Source: Candidatus Hydrogenedentota bacterium (GTDB taxonomy: Bacteria; Hydrogenedentota; Hydrogenedentia; Hydrogenedentales; SLHB01). Taken from it: a stretch of DNA of 64,000 bases. The notes beneath the pieces were generated by a model that did no database searches, was not told the DNA's origin, and saw nothing but the letters and a program-made list of their open reading frames with translations. Location: contig CAXXTH010000018.1 in the NCBI GenBank assembly GCA_963668025.2, positions 160,001 to 224,000 on the forward strand, in the 5' to 3' direction. The translations under genes were made by a program, and so were the position numbers. Shown piece after piece: positions 29,113 to 38,413 of this stretch; the stretch's first letter is position 1; each line of letters starts with the position of its first letter.

Positions 29113-31689
29113 TTAGTCATGCCGAACCCAAACGGCCATGGCTCCTCCCGCCGTGTATGGATTTCGTTCCGACACAATGAAACGAATAGCGGTCTCAGGC
29201 GGCCCATATTTTTGTGAATCGGCATTATAATACGCCCCCATATCCGTTTGAGCGAATTTTATGCGATACTGTCCTTTCTGATTGTTGCTCATAGGCCGCC
29301 ACTCAAGCGTTCCAGGAACCTGCCTAGCAAAAAGCGGCAAGTCTTTCGCTGGCGCTCCATTTGTATCAAACGCTTCAGCGGATATTGCAAAACAGCCTGT
29401 TTCTTCTCGTTCGCACGAAATTTTCAATCCTTTCGATGCCAGCACCCGGCGCGCCAGGGCATATGCTTTGGGCAACGGCGCATTATTCGCCAGCGCTTCC
29501 GCAAAAGGATTGAACGGCTGGACATCGCAGCCCAGTTCTTTCCAACGCGCAATCGCTTCCTGGGCGGAAGCAATACAATCGCATGTTTCTTCCTCGGGTG
29601 CTTGAGGCGTCATCCATACCAAGGCCGTGCCCCACGGTTTCAAACTACACGCATAATATCCATTGCCTTCTTTTGCTAATTCCTCATTGGTTAAGGCATC
29701 CATGGCCTGTAAATCGTTTCCAGCATCGAGCGCTGGCTTAAGCTTCACCTGTGCGTTCTCGCCTGTACGATTGATCAACACACTCAGCAGTGTCACGCCA
29801 TCCGTAAGCGTCAGTATATGCGCCCGCGCCATGCCGCTATCCATTTCGATGGGGCGCAACACATCAGCAGAAAAGTGTTTCAAAACAGCACTTTCCACAT
29901 TTTCTATAGGAACAGGATAATATGGGTGCTCCCAATGCCAAGCTCCTTCGCCGGTTTGAAACGAATTCACGAGGGTCCGCTGTAGATCAGCCGGTGGGAA
30001 TTCCATCTTAATCCACCGGGACGCCGCCTTCCCGGAAGGCTTGAAACCTTCCGGCGTCGGCCGTACAAACTCGTCATATTGGGCGAAATCGCCCCATGTA
30101 AACAGCGTGCCGCCTGCCTTGAGATAGGCTTGCAGATTCCGCCGGGCTTGGCCAGACACCTTCGGATTATCGATGCTGATCAGCACCGGCATGCGCTTGG
30201 CCAAATCCGCCGAAACCAACTCATCTCCCACGAGCGTCAGTTGCCAATGCCGGTCCATGGCGTCTTGGAAGAATCCCGTCCAGCGCGGCTCCCACGAGGA
30301 CAGCCACGTATTATCCGAGATGTAGAGCCCTACTTGGGGCTGGAGGCGGCTCATACCCGTCAGCACAGGCCATGCCTGCCGTATTTCACCAAATACTTCC
30401 TTGACCGCAGGCTCCGTGGCCGTGTCTTTGATGAACCATTCCCCATCACCCAAGGAAGACCGCCAATGAATGGGGCCGATATGCCAGAGTCCCATGCCGA
30501 GGCATTCGTAGATCAGCCGCCGCGCCATCTTGGGCGTAAATGTCCGGCCGCCGCCGCGCGCCGTGGTGTCAAGCGTCTTGTTGCCCAAGCGGGGCGCAAT
30601 CACGGGAACGCCGTAGGCCGTGAAATTCGACAAATAGAGCATATTGAGCGATTCGGTGTCCTCGTCGATCATGATATGGCCCATCTCGAAGCCATCACAC
30701 GCCTTCGCCAACAGCGAGGGAGGCTGCCCGAGCGTCTTGCGTTTATCACCCCCAAACGGATTTCCGTGGGTGGGATAGCAGACTGGCCTGCTGGGATCGG
30801 CGTACAGAAAATCTTGCATATGCCGGGCGGCGCGGTCCGCGATGGCCTGTTCGCGGAAACGGTACCAAGCCGCTTGAGACATATTCGGAATCGACGAAAG
30901 AATGCGCTGGGTGTCGATCGGAATCTTCAATCCCCACTGTTTGCAGTAGGCGTCATAGTGCGCGCGGGACGCGGGCCGGAAATCACCCACGGGCAGCGTA
31001 AAGTAATCAGGATATGCTTCTTCCGTTCCAATGCCCCATGCCGACACGAAAGGATTGCCGCGCAGTCCGGATGCGTTCCGCCGGATCAACTCGGAGGCAA
31101 GCCCCATCAATGTGGGATCATCCACGGCAGGCACTGCGCTCTCGATATTGCGGATGGGATTGCTCACCACGGATATGCGCTTGCCCTCGGCATCCAACAT
31201 ATACGCTTCCGGGTGGGCTTTCTGGAAAGCGTCCGAATAATACGTGAAATAGGGATTATTCCGGTCGCCCAGCATGACACACGCATGCGCCTGTTCCTGC
31301 CGCAACAATGCATCGGTATTTTTCAGCCATTCACGGCTTCTATTGCTATCAACAAACCGGGAAACTCCGTCCTGTTCTTCCGCCGGGACAGGATCAATGC
31401 TGGAAATAGCCTCGGTGGCATTGGCTCCCGTGCGCGTTTTACAATCTGGGAGATCGGAAAGATTATCGAACACGCTGAGATGCTCGCCGGGCCGGATGAT
31501 CCATCGCTGGTAGACGGCATCCAATTCAGAAGGAAAAACCAACGTCTTTTGAGATGAAACAGATGATTCCGCTTGTGCGGAGCCAGCGGTAAACAACATG
31601 CCCGCGAGAATCAATGCGCTTACGAAAAACAAACAACCGGTGATAACGCCTTCCGCTGTCCACTCCATCGAACTTAATCCTTTCCTCAT
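29113..31689 (-). CDS. Putative glycoside hydrolase (GH42/clan-A-like barrel plus trimerisation-like domain)
   Basis: HPEAYMLDAEG, WGIGTEE, WYRFRE, PQVGLYIS and LQAYLKAGGTL follow GH42 architecture; paralog of 31692-34685. Confidence 0.6.
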   Translation of the reverse strand: MRKGLSSMEWTAEGVITGCLFFVSALILAGMLFTAGSAQAESSVSSQKTLVFPSELDAVYQRWIIRPGEHLSVFDNLSDLPDCKTRTGANATEAISSIDPVPAEEQDGVSRFVDSNRSREWLKNTDALLRQEQAHACVMLGDRNNPYFTYYSDAFQKAHPEAYMLDAEGKRISVVSNPIRNIESAVPAVDDPTLMGLASELIRRNASGLRGNPFVSAWGIGTEEAYPDYFTLPVGDFRPASRAHYDAYCKQWGLKIPIDTQRILSSIPNMSQAAWYRFREQAIADRAARHMQDFLYADPSRPVCYPTHGNPFGGDKRKTLGQPPSLLAKACDGFEMGHIMIDEDTESLNMLYLSNFTAYGVPVIAPRLGNKTLDTTARGGGRTFTPKMARRLIYECLGMGLWHIGPIHWRSSLGDGEWFIKDTATEPAVKEVFGEIRQAWPVLTGMSRLQPQVGLYISDNTWLSSWEPRWTGFFQDAMDRHWQLTLVGDELVSADLAKRMPVLISIDNPKVSGQARRNLQAYLKAGGTLFTWGDFAQYDEFVRPTPEGFKPSGKAASRWIKMEFPPADLQRTLVNSFQTGEGAWHWEHPYYPVPIENVESAVLKHFSADVLRPIEMDSGMARAHILTLTDGVTLLSVLINRTGENAQVKLKPALDAGNDLQAMDALTNEELAKEGNGYYACSLKPWGTALVWMTPQAPEEETCDCIASAQEAIARWKELGCDVQPFNPFAEALANNAPLPKAYALARRVLASKGLKISCEREETGCFAISAEAFDTNGAPAKDLPLFARQVPGTLEWRPMSNNQKGQYRIKFAQTDMGAYYNADSQKYGPPETAIRFIVSERNPYTAGGAMAVWVRHD

Positions 31690-31691
31690 GC

Positions 31692-34685
31692 TTATTTATT
31701 TCCATCATCAGGTGATGTGTCAGGCACGGGATCATTCGCCAAAGGCAGCACGGTATAAACTAACGCACCACTCTGGATTCTCCCTGGCCTAGATACCCGT
31801 ATCACGAGCCGGACCGGGCCTTCCATCGGCTTATACGCTTGGGTGTTTACATCATACATAACAGGCCGTTCGGCTGCCGGCAACGAAATCGAGTATTTCC
31901 CCTCGCCTTCATCGCGGCATAGCCGCCACATATACGCCCCCGACGTTATACGCGCCTGCACCCGGCCGTCCGTCACAGGCTGGCCTTGCGCATCGAGCAG
32001 ATGCATCGCCACGCCGGTTTCATCCTTTTCACCTGAAAACGCCCCCGCCTTTACGCCCACGCCACATACCAGTTTCCCCGCGAGCGCATATGCCTTCTCA
32101 TAGAGTCCGTGCGAATAGGCCCGTAGCGCCGCTTCCTGTTGCGCCGCGTAAAAGGCGGTATCAACACCTGCCGCACGCCACTGTTCCAACGCCTTCGCAG
32201 CCCCATCTAGTTCCGCCTGCGCCACCTCCGCGGACACCTCAGGCGCGCCCCAAACCAATGCCGTGCTGCGGGGAGGCATGCGCAGTTCCACGCTCGAACC
32301 ATCCGGCGCTGCTTCCAGCAGCCTCCCGGCGCTGATCTCCGTAAACCGCCATGGGGTGTCTGCATCGGATGGTGTTTTCAGCGTGGCGCGCGATGCTGAA
32401 TCGCCGCCATTTATCAACACGACGGCAAGGGTTCGCCCATCCGTAAGAGGCAGCACGGTGAGTGGACCGCCTTCCCCTTGCACATCCACGGGACGCATCC
32501 AATAGGCAGGGATTTCACGGCGCAAGGCTTCTTCCACTGCGGCAATTGGCAACGGCTTGATCACCGCGTCGCTCGTATACGCTCCAGAACCGGTATGTAC
32601 GGCATGGTGGACAATGCGCTCCTGCGATTCCGGCTGAACATCCAATTCCTGAGACGCCGCCAGGACATCTTGCGCTTGACCGCTCCAAGGCGCATATAAG
32701 GCGTCCTGTTCCGCCAGCGCACCCCAGCGGTATAATTTTCCACCACCGGCGGTATACGCACGCAAGCCCTCCAGCGCTTCTCTGCTGACATATGGATTCT
32801 CAATACTAATCAATGCCGGTATACGCTCGGGCAGACTGGCGCTGAGCAAACGGTCACCTATAAATGTAATAGACCATCGGGCGCGCAACGCGTCTTGGAT
32901 GAAAGCAGTCCACATGGGGTTCCAGCCCGCGAGCCGCCAGGTGGCGTCCGACACATAGAGGGCGATGCGCGGCTGCACACGCCCCATGCCGGAGAGAATG
33001 GGCTGGGCAGTGGCGATTTCCGCGAAGACCGCTCGCGCCTCGGCCTCGGCAGGAGTATCTTTGATGTGCCAGAGCCCGTCCGGCAGATCGCCCTCCCATT
33101 GCACCATGCCGATGTGGAAAACACCCATGCCCAAGCACTCATACACGAGGCGCCGCAGCATCCACGGCGTAAAGCTCCGTCCACCCCCTTGCACGGCAGG
33201 ATCAAGTGTTTTATTCGCTAAGCGAGGTGTGACCACCGGGACGCCATACGCGGTGAAGCCGGACAGTGTCAGCATATTTAGTGAATCGGCGTCTTCGTCA
33301 ATGGTGATCTGGCCCGTCTCGAAACCGTCGCAAGCCCCGGCGATTCCGCCTGGCGCAAAGCCCATAGCGCGCCTCGACTGTGCAAAAAACGGATTTCCGT
33401 GTGTCGGGTAAAAAACAAACCTCTTCCGTGGATCCGCATTCAGATGCTGCTGGGTGTAATAGGCGGCGCGCCTGCTCTCGACTTCCTCCCGAAATTGCAT
33501 CCATGCTCCGCGCATCCGGGAAGGCGCATCCGCAGCACAAGCCTCCGGTTCAAGCGGCCAATCCCAGCCTTGGCGCTGGGCATATGCGTTGTAATGCGCC
33601 CGTGATTGGGGCCTAAAATCACTGGCGGGCAATCCAAAATAATCGGGATAGCACTCCTCTCCCGAAATCACCCAGTAGGCCAAGCGTTCAGTGTCTTTAA
33701 AATGCGCGCCCGCCCGGCGAATCAAATCCGATGAAAGCTGGTATAAGATGGGCGCATCCATCGCCGGAACCGGATTGCCCGGCGTACCGTCAAAAAAAGC
33801 AGAACGGATGATTTCCCCTTTTACATCCTGCATGAACGCCTCGGGATAGGCCTCTTGAAACCATTGGGGAAACATCGAGAAAAACGGATTGTTGTGTTCT
33901 CCAAGGCCCATGGTAAATTGCATCTGATACGCATCCGCCTTGGCCGCATCGTTCAAAGCGCCCAGCGACCGACATGCCAGCGCACCGCCCTCCCATTTCG
34001 TCCATGACCCATCGGCGTATAAAAGCCAGCCTTGCAGCGCTACGCCAGGCTCCTCATCTTGGGCCGCGGGATCATGCAGCACTGTTGCCGTGTCTTCCAC
34101 CGGTACGGGCCATACCTCGACGCGCTCCTGCTTCAAGGTGATCTCGATGCGGTACACGCCCGGCGGTGAAGGCTGTGCGGATTGGCACACTAGCCAAGGC
34201 TGGCGCAAGGCGTCGGCAATCTCCCCTTTGGCTGCCTCAATGGGCGCGCCTCCTTCAATGACTTGAAGTAAACGTCCCTCCGCCGAAGCGCCCGATACCC
34301 CCGTCGATACTAAAATCCCCACACCAAATAGGGGCTTGGATGCAGTAAACTGAAGGGCAATTTGGTTTCGTGGTGATTCAAACATGGCTTGCGCCTTGGG
34401 ATGGTTCGGGCCGGCAGGAGCAGGCTCTAGGGGAAGGCCATGATGGATGGAAAACGCCGTTGCACCGGTCCGGCGCTGCATATCGGCCAAATCGAGGGCG
34501 TACCAAAATCCCCGCATGGCCCCTGGCCCTTCCGCCCAGCCGTTGTAGGCGGCGTCTAGTTCCGTTTCACGCCACGCGTCCGATACCGGCAAGACGCCGC
34601 TTTGACCCGCCGCCAAGGCGGAGATACAGCAGGCTAGAAACACGAACACGATTCGATAACGATACCCGGAACACGGCTTATTCAT
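31692..34685 (-). CDS. Putative glycoside hydrolase (GH42/clan-A-like) with extra N-terminal domain
   Basis: Signal peptide; YPEAFMQDVKG, WVISGEE, WMQFRE, PRIALYVS, LRAYTAGGGKL; long blocks nearly identical to 29113-31689. Confidence 0.6.
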   Translation of the reverse strand: MNKPCSGYRYRIVFVFLACCISALAAGQSGVLPVSDAWRETELDAAYNGWAEGPGAMRGFWYALDLADMQRRTGATAFSIHHGLPLEPAPAGPNHPKAQAMFESPRNQIALQFTASKPLFGVGILVSTGVSGASAEGRLLQVIEGGAPIEAAKGEIADALRQPWLVCQSAQPSPPGVYRIEITLKQERVEVWPVPVEDTATVLHDPAAQDEEPGVALQGWLLYADGSWTKWEGGALACRSLGALNDAAKADAYQMQFTMGLGEHNNPFFSMFPQWFQEAYPEAFMQDVKGEIIRSAFFDGTPGNPVPAMDAPILYQLSSDLIRRAGAHFKDTERLAYWVISGEECYPDYFGLPASDFRPQSRAHYNAYAQRQGWDWPLEPEACAADAPSRMRGAWMQFREEVESRRAAYYTQQHLNADPRKRFVFYPTHGNPFFAQSRRAMGFAPGGIAGACDGFETGQITIDEDADSLNMLTLSGFTAYGVPVVTPRLANKTLDPAVQGGGRSFTPWMLRRLVYECLGMGVFHIGMVQWEGDLPDGLWHIKDTPAEAEARAVFAEIATAQPILSGMGRVQPRIALYVSDATWRLAGWNPMWTAFIQDALRARWSITFIGDRLLSASLPERIPALISIENPYVSREALEGLRAYTAGGGKLYRWGALAEQDALYAPWSGQAQDVLAASQELDVQPESQERIVHHAVHTGSGAYTSDAVIKPLPIAAVEEALRREIPAYWMRPVDVQGEGGPLTVLPLTDGRTLAVVLINGGDSASRATLKTPSDADTPWRFTEISAGRLLEAAPDGSSVELRMPPRSTALVWGAPEVSAEVAQAELDGAAKALEQWRAAGVDTAFYAAQQEAALRAYSHGLYEKAYALAGKLVCGVGVKAGAFSGEKDETGVAMHLLDAQGQPVTDGRVQARITSGAYMWRLCRDEGEGKYSISLPAAERPVMYDVNTQAYKPMEGPVRLVIRVSRPGRIQSGALVYTVLPLANDPVPDTSPDDGNK

Positions 34686-34709
34686 GATGCACTCCCACGA
34701 GGCAAGTTC

Positions 34710-34759
34710 CGTGGCATGGCCGTCATGGCCATGCGCATGGGCGGAACGCCCATGCCACG
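34710..34759. repeat. REP-like double hairpin
   Basis: cgtggcatggccgtcatggccatg-cg-catgggcggaacgcccatgccacg: two inverted copies of an internally palindromic unit. Confidence 0.7.
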
Positions 34760-34772
34760 TATTAAAGATAGT

Positions 34773-37112
34773 TTATGTATGTTTGTCTGCATACCTAAAT
34801 GCATAGATTCCCCAAACGGCTAACACCATCAAACCTAATCCAAGTCCCTGCGCGGCGGGAAGGCGGCTCAATGCATTATTGGGATTCGTTCCGTTACGGA
34901 GCTCGAAGATATTCGTGTTGCCGTCGCCATCGGGGTCATCGTAGGCAGACCAGTCCAGTGTCTCGAAATACTGCATCTCCCACGGATCAGGAAGACCGTC
35001 CATGTCCGTATCAGGCTCTTCATAGGAGAAGGCCAGCGTATTGGAGGTTTCATTGCCATTTCCGTTTTCGTCCGTAAAAGCATCCGCCGGAATAGATACC
35101 ACCACTTCGCCGAAAGCCAAGGGCGTAAGGATGAAGGAGTAGGAATCGCCGCTCCCGCCGAACCCATTGATAGTAGCGTTTGTAACAGACAGGCTATCTG
35201 CGGTGAAATTGGTGGAGGATTCACTCAACACGGCTGTCACGGAAACCGGACCGGAGATAGTAGAGCCCGCGGCAGTTTCGAGCAGCGCCTTGGGCGGGGT
35301 GATATCGCCATATTGCCGTGCTACATAGGAAACGCGCACCTCGTCGAGATAACCTCTGAAATCCGTACCTGAACCCGTGCCCAGAAACCACCACACGATC
35401 CCGGCTTCATCCCCTTCCGGCGGCTGCATGAGGCCCGTTTTCCCGGAAATGCTCTGGGAATTATCCTTAACACCGTTGATCCAAACCGACAGTTCGCCGT
35501 GCCCACCATCCCATACGCCCGCCACATGCGTCCACTCGCCTATCGGTAGAGACGCCAGCGAGACTAAAGATGCTTCACTGGCATCGCTAAAGGTTACAGC
35601 GATCTCGAGTTTGTCGTCGCGCACGGACAAATGGTAGGCCCCATCCCGGCTGATGAAACGCTGCAACGCGCCACTAGCCCCCGTTTCGCGTTTGACCCAA
35701 GCCTCCAGCGACAAGGCGTTGCCGATATCGGGATTGGATGCGTCATGGTTGATAGCTGAAGAGTGGATGCCCACCCGTGGCCATGGCGCTGTGCCGCCCT
35801 GGCCATCGGAGAAATAAATGCTAGTTCCAAATGCCGAGCTAGGCGAATCCGTGTGGAAGCGTTCTCCGGATGCAGCCACGTCGGCCGCCCAGCCGCCCCA
35901 GCCGCCGCTTGCGCTATTGGCCACAAACGCGGGCTCATTGGAATTTCCAGCCGTGTCCATATGAAACAGATAAACAGTGTTGTCATCCGCCGTGTACGGC
36001 GTGGAAAAATCTTCGTATATCCCATCATTCAGTGTTCCTGATATGCTGTGGATGCGATAGGTGTACAGCCAATTGCCGCCTTCATCGGAACCACAAAAGG
36101 CAATCGTAAGGCGGTTAGGTTCGGCAATGCGCCCGAGGGGAGTGCGCAGGATGCCGCTGTTGTGATTGCGCGCCTTGCCTGTGTTTGACGCATTGATGGA
36201 GCCCGCCACTTCCCAGACGCCACTCCCCGCCAGAAAATTGTTATAATCCATCGAGGCGATCTGCAACTCCGAAGCTACGAAGTCCGGCGTGGTTGTGCTG
36301 AAAGGATGGCGCGGCCGCGTTACAAACACACGGCCGCGTATAGGGTCGTACGCATAATCTGCATTGTGCAGAATGGGATTCGATCCATCGATGCTTGTAA
36401 GGCCCGCCGTGGGAACCATTTTGGCAGGGCCTATGGATAGGGCGGCCATGTCCGACATATCGAGCGGACGGCTCATCATGCGCGTGCCATTCTGATCACC
36501 TTGCGAATAAATGAGCTGTATACGCCCCGCGCCGTCAAGGCTGAAAGCGCTCGGTTGGCCTATCCCCCAGTAATAATACGATGCGAAAGGAATGATGGGA
36601 TTTCCATCCCATTTGACCCATGGCCCTTCCAAGTCGTGGGCGAAGGCCACGCCGATCTGGTTATGCGTGCAAATACCATATAATTCTTCATCCGTCATGT
36701 CTTCGCCCAAAAAGAACATGGCCCATTCATATACAGCGCCATTATACTGAAAATTTCCAGCGGTCACCGTCGGATCGCACACATGGCGCGCATCCCATCC
36801 TTCGGCTGAAGGATCGAGCACGAGCTGGTTGGCGGCCAAGATAACGCCATCGCTGTGGCGCACTTTCGTGAGGCCAATGTGATCACGCACCACGTAAGCG
36901 TCTTTGTTCGTGCAATAGAAATGATATTCCACATCATCAATCAAGATGGAACTGGTGGCGTACATGTACTTGCCGTTCCCGGCATCGAAGGCCTTATGGG
37001 CAGGTTCCGGCCAAACCACCACCGTAGCAGATGCGATAGCCGCCATCGAACACAGCAATATAGCAAGCGCCACACGTGATATCGCCTTTGTTATTAAGGA
37101 ATAAACCATCAT
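34773..37112 (-). CDS. Five-bladed beta-propeller glycoside hydrolase-like protein + LamG + Ig-like domain + C-terminal anchor
   Basis: WDARHVCDPTV, QIGVAFAHDLEGPWVKWDGNPI and WGIGQPS (GH32/43/130-like propeller); LamG (WTHVAGVWDG, GYLDEVRVS); Ig-like domain (FTDENGNGN); DTDMDGLPD, GTNP, LP + TM. Confidence 0.75.
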   Translation of the reverse strand: MMVYSLITKAISRVALAILLCSMAAIASATVVVWPEPAHKAFDAGNGKYMYATSSILIDDVEYHFYCTNKDAYVVRDHIGLTKVRHSDGVILAANQLVLDPSAEGWDARHVCDPTVTAGNFQYNGAVYEWAMFFLGEDMTDEELYGICTHNQIGVAFAHDLEGPWVKWDGNPIIPFASYYYWGIGQPSAFSLDGAGRIQLIYSQGDQNGTRMMSRPLDMSDMAALSIGPAKMVPTAGLTSIDGSNPILHNADYAYDPIRGRVFVTRPRHPFSTTTPDFVASELQIASMDYNNFLAGSGVWEVAGSINASNTGKARNHNSGILRTPLGRIAEPNRLTIAFCGSDEGGNWLYTYRIHSISGTLNDGIYEDFSTPYTADDNTVYLFHMDTAGNSNEPAFVANSASGGWGGWAADVAASGERFHTDSPSSAFGTSIYFSDGQGGTAPWPRVGIHSSAINHDASNPDIGNALSLEAWVKRETGASGALQRFISRDGAYHLSVRDDKLEIAVTFSDASEASLVSLASLPIGEWTHVAGVWDGGHGELSVWINGVKDNSQSISGKTGLMQPPEGDEAGIVWWFLGTGSGTDFRGYLDEVRVSYVARQYGDITPPKALLETAAGSTISGPVSVTAVLSESSTNFTADSLSVTNATINGFGGSGDSYSFILTPLAFGEVVVSIPADAFTDENGNGNETSNTLAFSYEEPDTDMDGLPDPWEMQYFETLDWSAYDDPDGDGNTNIFELRNGTNPNNALSRLPAAQGLGLGLMVLAVWGIYAFRYADKHT

Positions 37113-37222
37113 TCATTCACTCCAGATCGCCATTTGGGCATCTCATATTATTTCACATAGGTAATGTGCCAATGCTGTACCTTCGTATAAACATATTTTG
37201 ACTACTTTGTTTGAGTGCGGCC

Positions 37223-38413
37223 TTATTCCTCCAGCTTCTTCTCCACTTCGCGAGGCGTCGTATCTGCATACGCTTTATCGGACAGTGTTCCCGTGATAGC
37301 GTGAATGCGGTAGGAATACAGCCAATTCCCACCCTCATCCGAGGCGCAAAAAGACACCGTAAGCTTGTCCAGCTCCGCGATGCGCCCATAGGGAGTGCGC
37401 AAGATACAGGAGTTGTGATTCCGTGCTTTACCGGTATTTGATTGGTTAATATGGCCTATCACTTCCCACGCGCCATTGCCAGCCAGAAAAGACTCATAGT
37501 CCATCGCAGCGATCTGCAATTCCGATTCCATCATAGTTGGCCACTTTGTGCTGAAGGGATGGCGCGGACGCGATACGTACACTTTCTTGCGCACGGGATC
37601 ATATGCGAAATCCGCGTTGTGCAGAATGGGAGCCGAACCATCAATGTTGGTCAGGCCCGTGGTGGGCACGGTCTTCGACTGTCCGAGCGATAAAGCATCC
37701 ATGTCCGCCATATTCACGGGCACGCTGATCATCCGCGTGCCATCCGCATCGCCTCGCGAATAAATGAGCTGTACAGTTCCCGCTTGGTCCAGGCTGAACA
37801 CACTCGGCTGTCCGACTCCCCAGTATTCGTCTGAAGTGAATGGGATGAATGGATTGCCTTCCCATTTGATCCATGGGCCATTCAGGTCTTGGGCGAAAGC
37901 CACCCCAAGCTGGCAATGCATACAGCAGCCATACTTTGACTCATCTGTAAATGCCTCGCCCAGGTAAAACATCGCCCAAGCGTAATCCACGCCATCATAT
38001 TTGAATTTCCCACGAACCACCGCCGGATCACAGGTATGCTGGGCGTCCCATCCGTCCGCTGTGGGAGCGAGCACGATCTGGTTAGGCGACACAACCACGC
38101 CATCACTATGCCGCACTTGAGTAAGGCCGACGTGGTCGCGGATCACAAAAGGATCCTTATTGGTGCAATAAAAATGATATTCCACCCCATCCATCAGAAT
38201 AGAACTGGTGGTATACATAAAATGGCCTTCCCCGGCATCAAATATCTGCTTGGAAGGCCCGGTCCAGGTAACGGCCAACGCGAACCCCTGGGTTGAAAAG
38301 GCCAGCGCGGCGAAAAAAAATAGGCTCACTAGCACATGATGAGATTGCCTTGCTAAGTGCCTATACACTGCCATTCGTTCTCTCCTAGTTATCAGGCGCC
38401 CACCGCGCGCCAC
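37223..38413 (-). CDS. Five-bladed beta-propeller glycoside hydrolase-like protein (catalytic domain only)
   Basis: WDAQHTCDPAV, QLGVAFAQDLNGPWIKWEGNP, WGVGQPS; close paralog of the N-terminal domain of 34773-37112. Start position uncertain. Confidence 0.75.
   Translation of the reverse strand: MARGGRLITRRERMAVYRHLARQSHHVLVSLFFFAALAFSTQGFALAVTWTGPSKQIFDAGEGHFMYTTSSILMDGVEYHFYCTNKDPFVIRDHVGLTQVRHSDGVVVSPNQIVLAPTADGWDAQHTCDPAVVRGKFKYDGVDYAWAMFYLGEAFTDESKYGCCMHCQLGVAFAQDLNGPWIKWEGNPFIPFTSDEYWGVGQPSVFSLDQAGTVQLIYSRGDADGTRMISVPVNMADMDALSLGQSKTVPTTGLTNIDGSAPILHNADFAYDPVRKKVYVSRPRHPFSTKWPTMMESELQIAAMDYESFLAGNGAWEVIGHINQSNTGKARNHNSCILRTPYGRIAELDKLTVSFCASDEGGNWLYSYRIHAITGTLSDKAYADTTPREVEKKLEE

Noticed and set aside
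30079-31557. 492-aa plus-strand ORF and similar long antisense ORFs (13471-14169, 20949-21713, 26828-27610, 60978-61721)
   Set aside because: They are antisense shadows of GC-rich genes and show no recognisable motifs.
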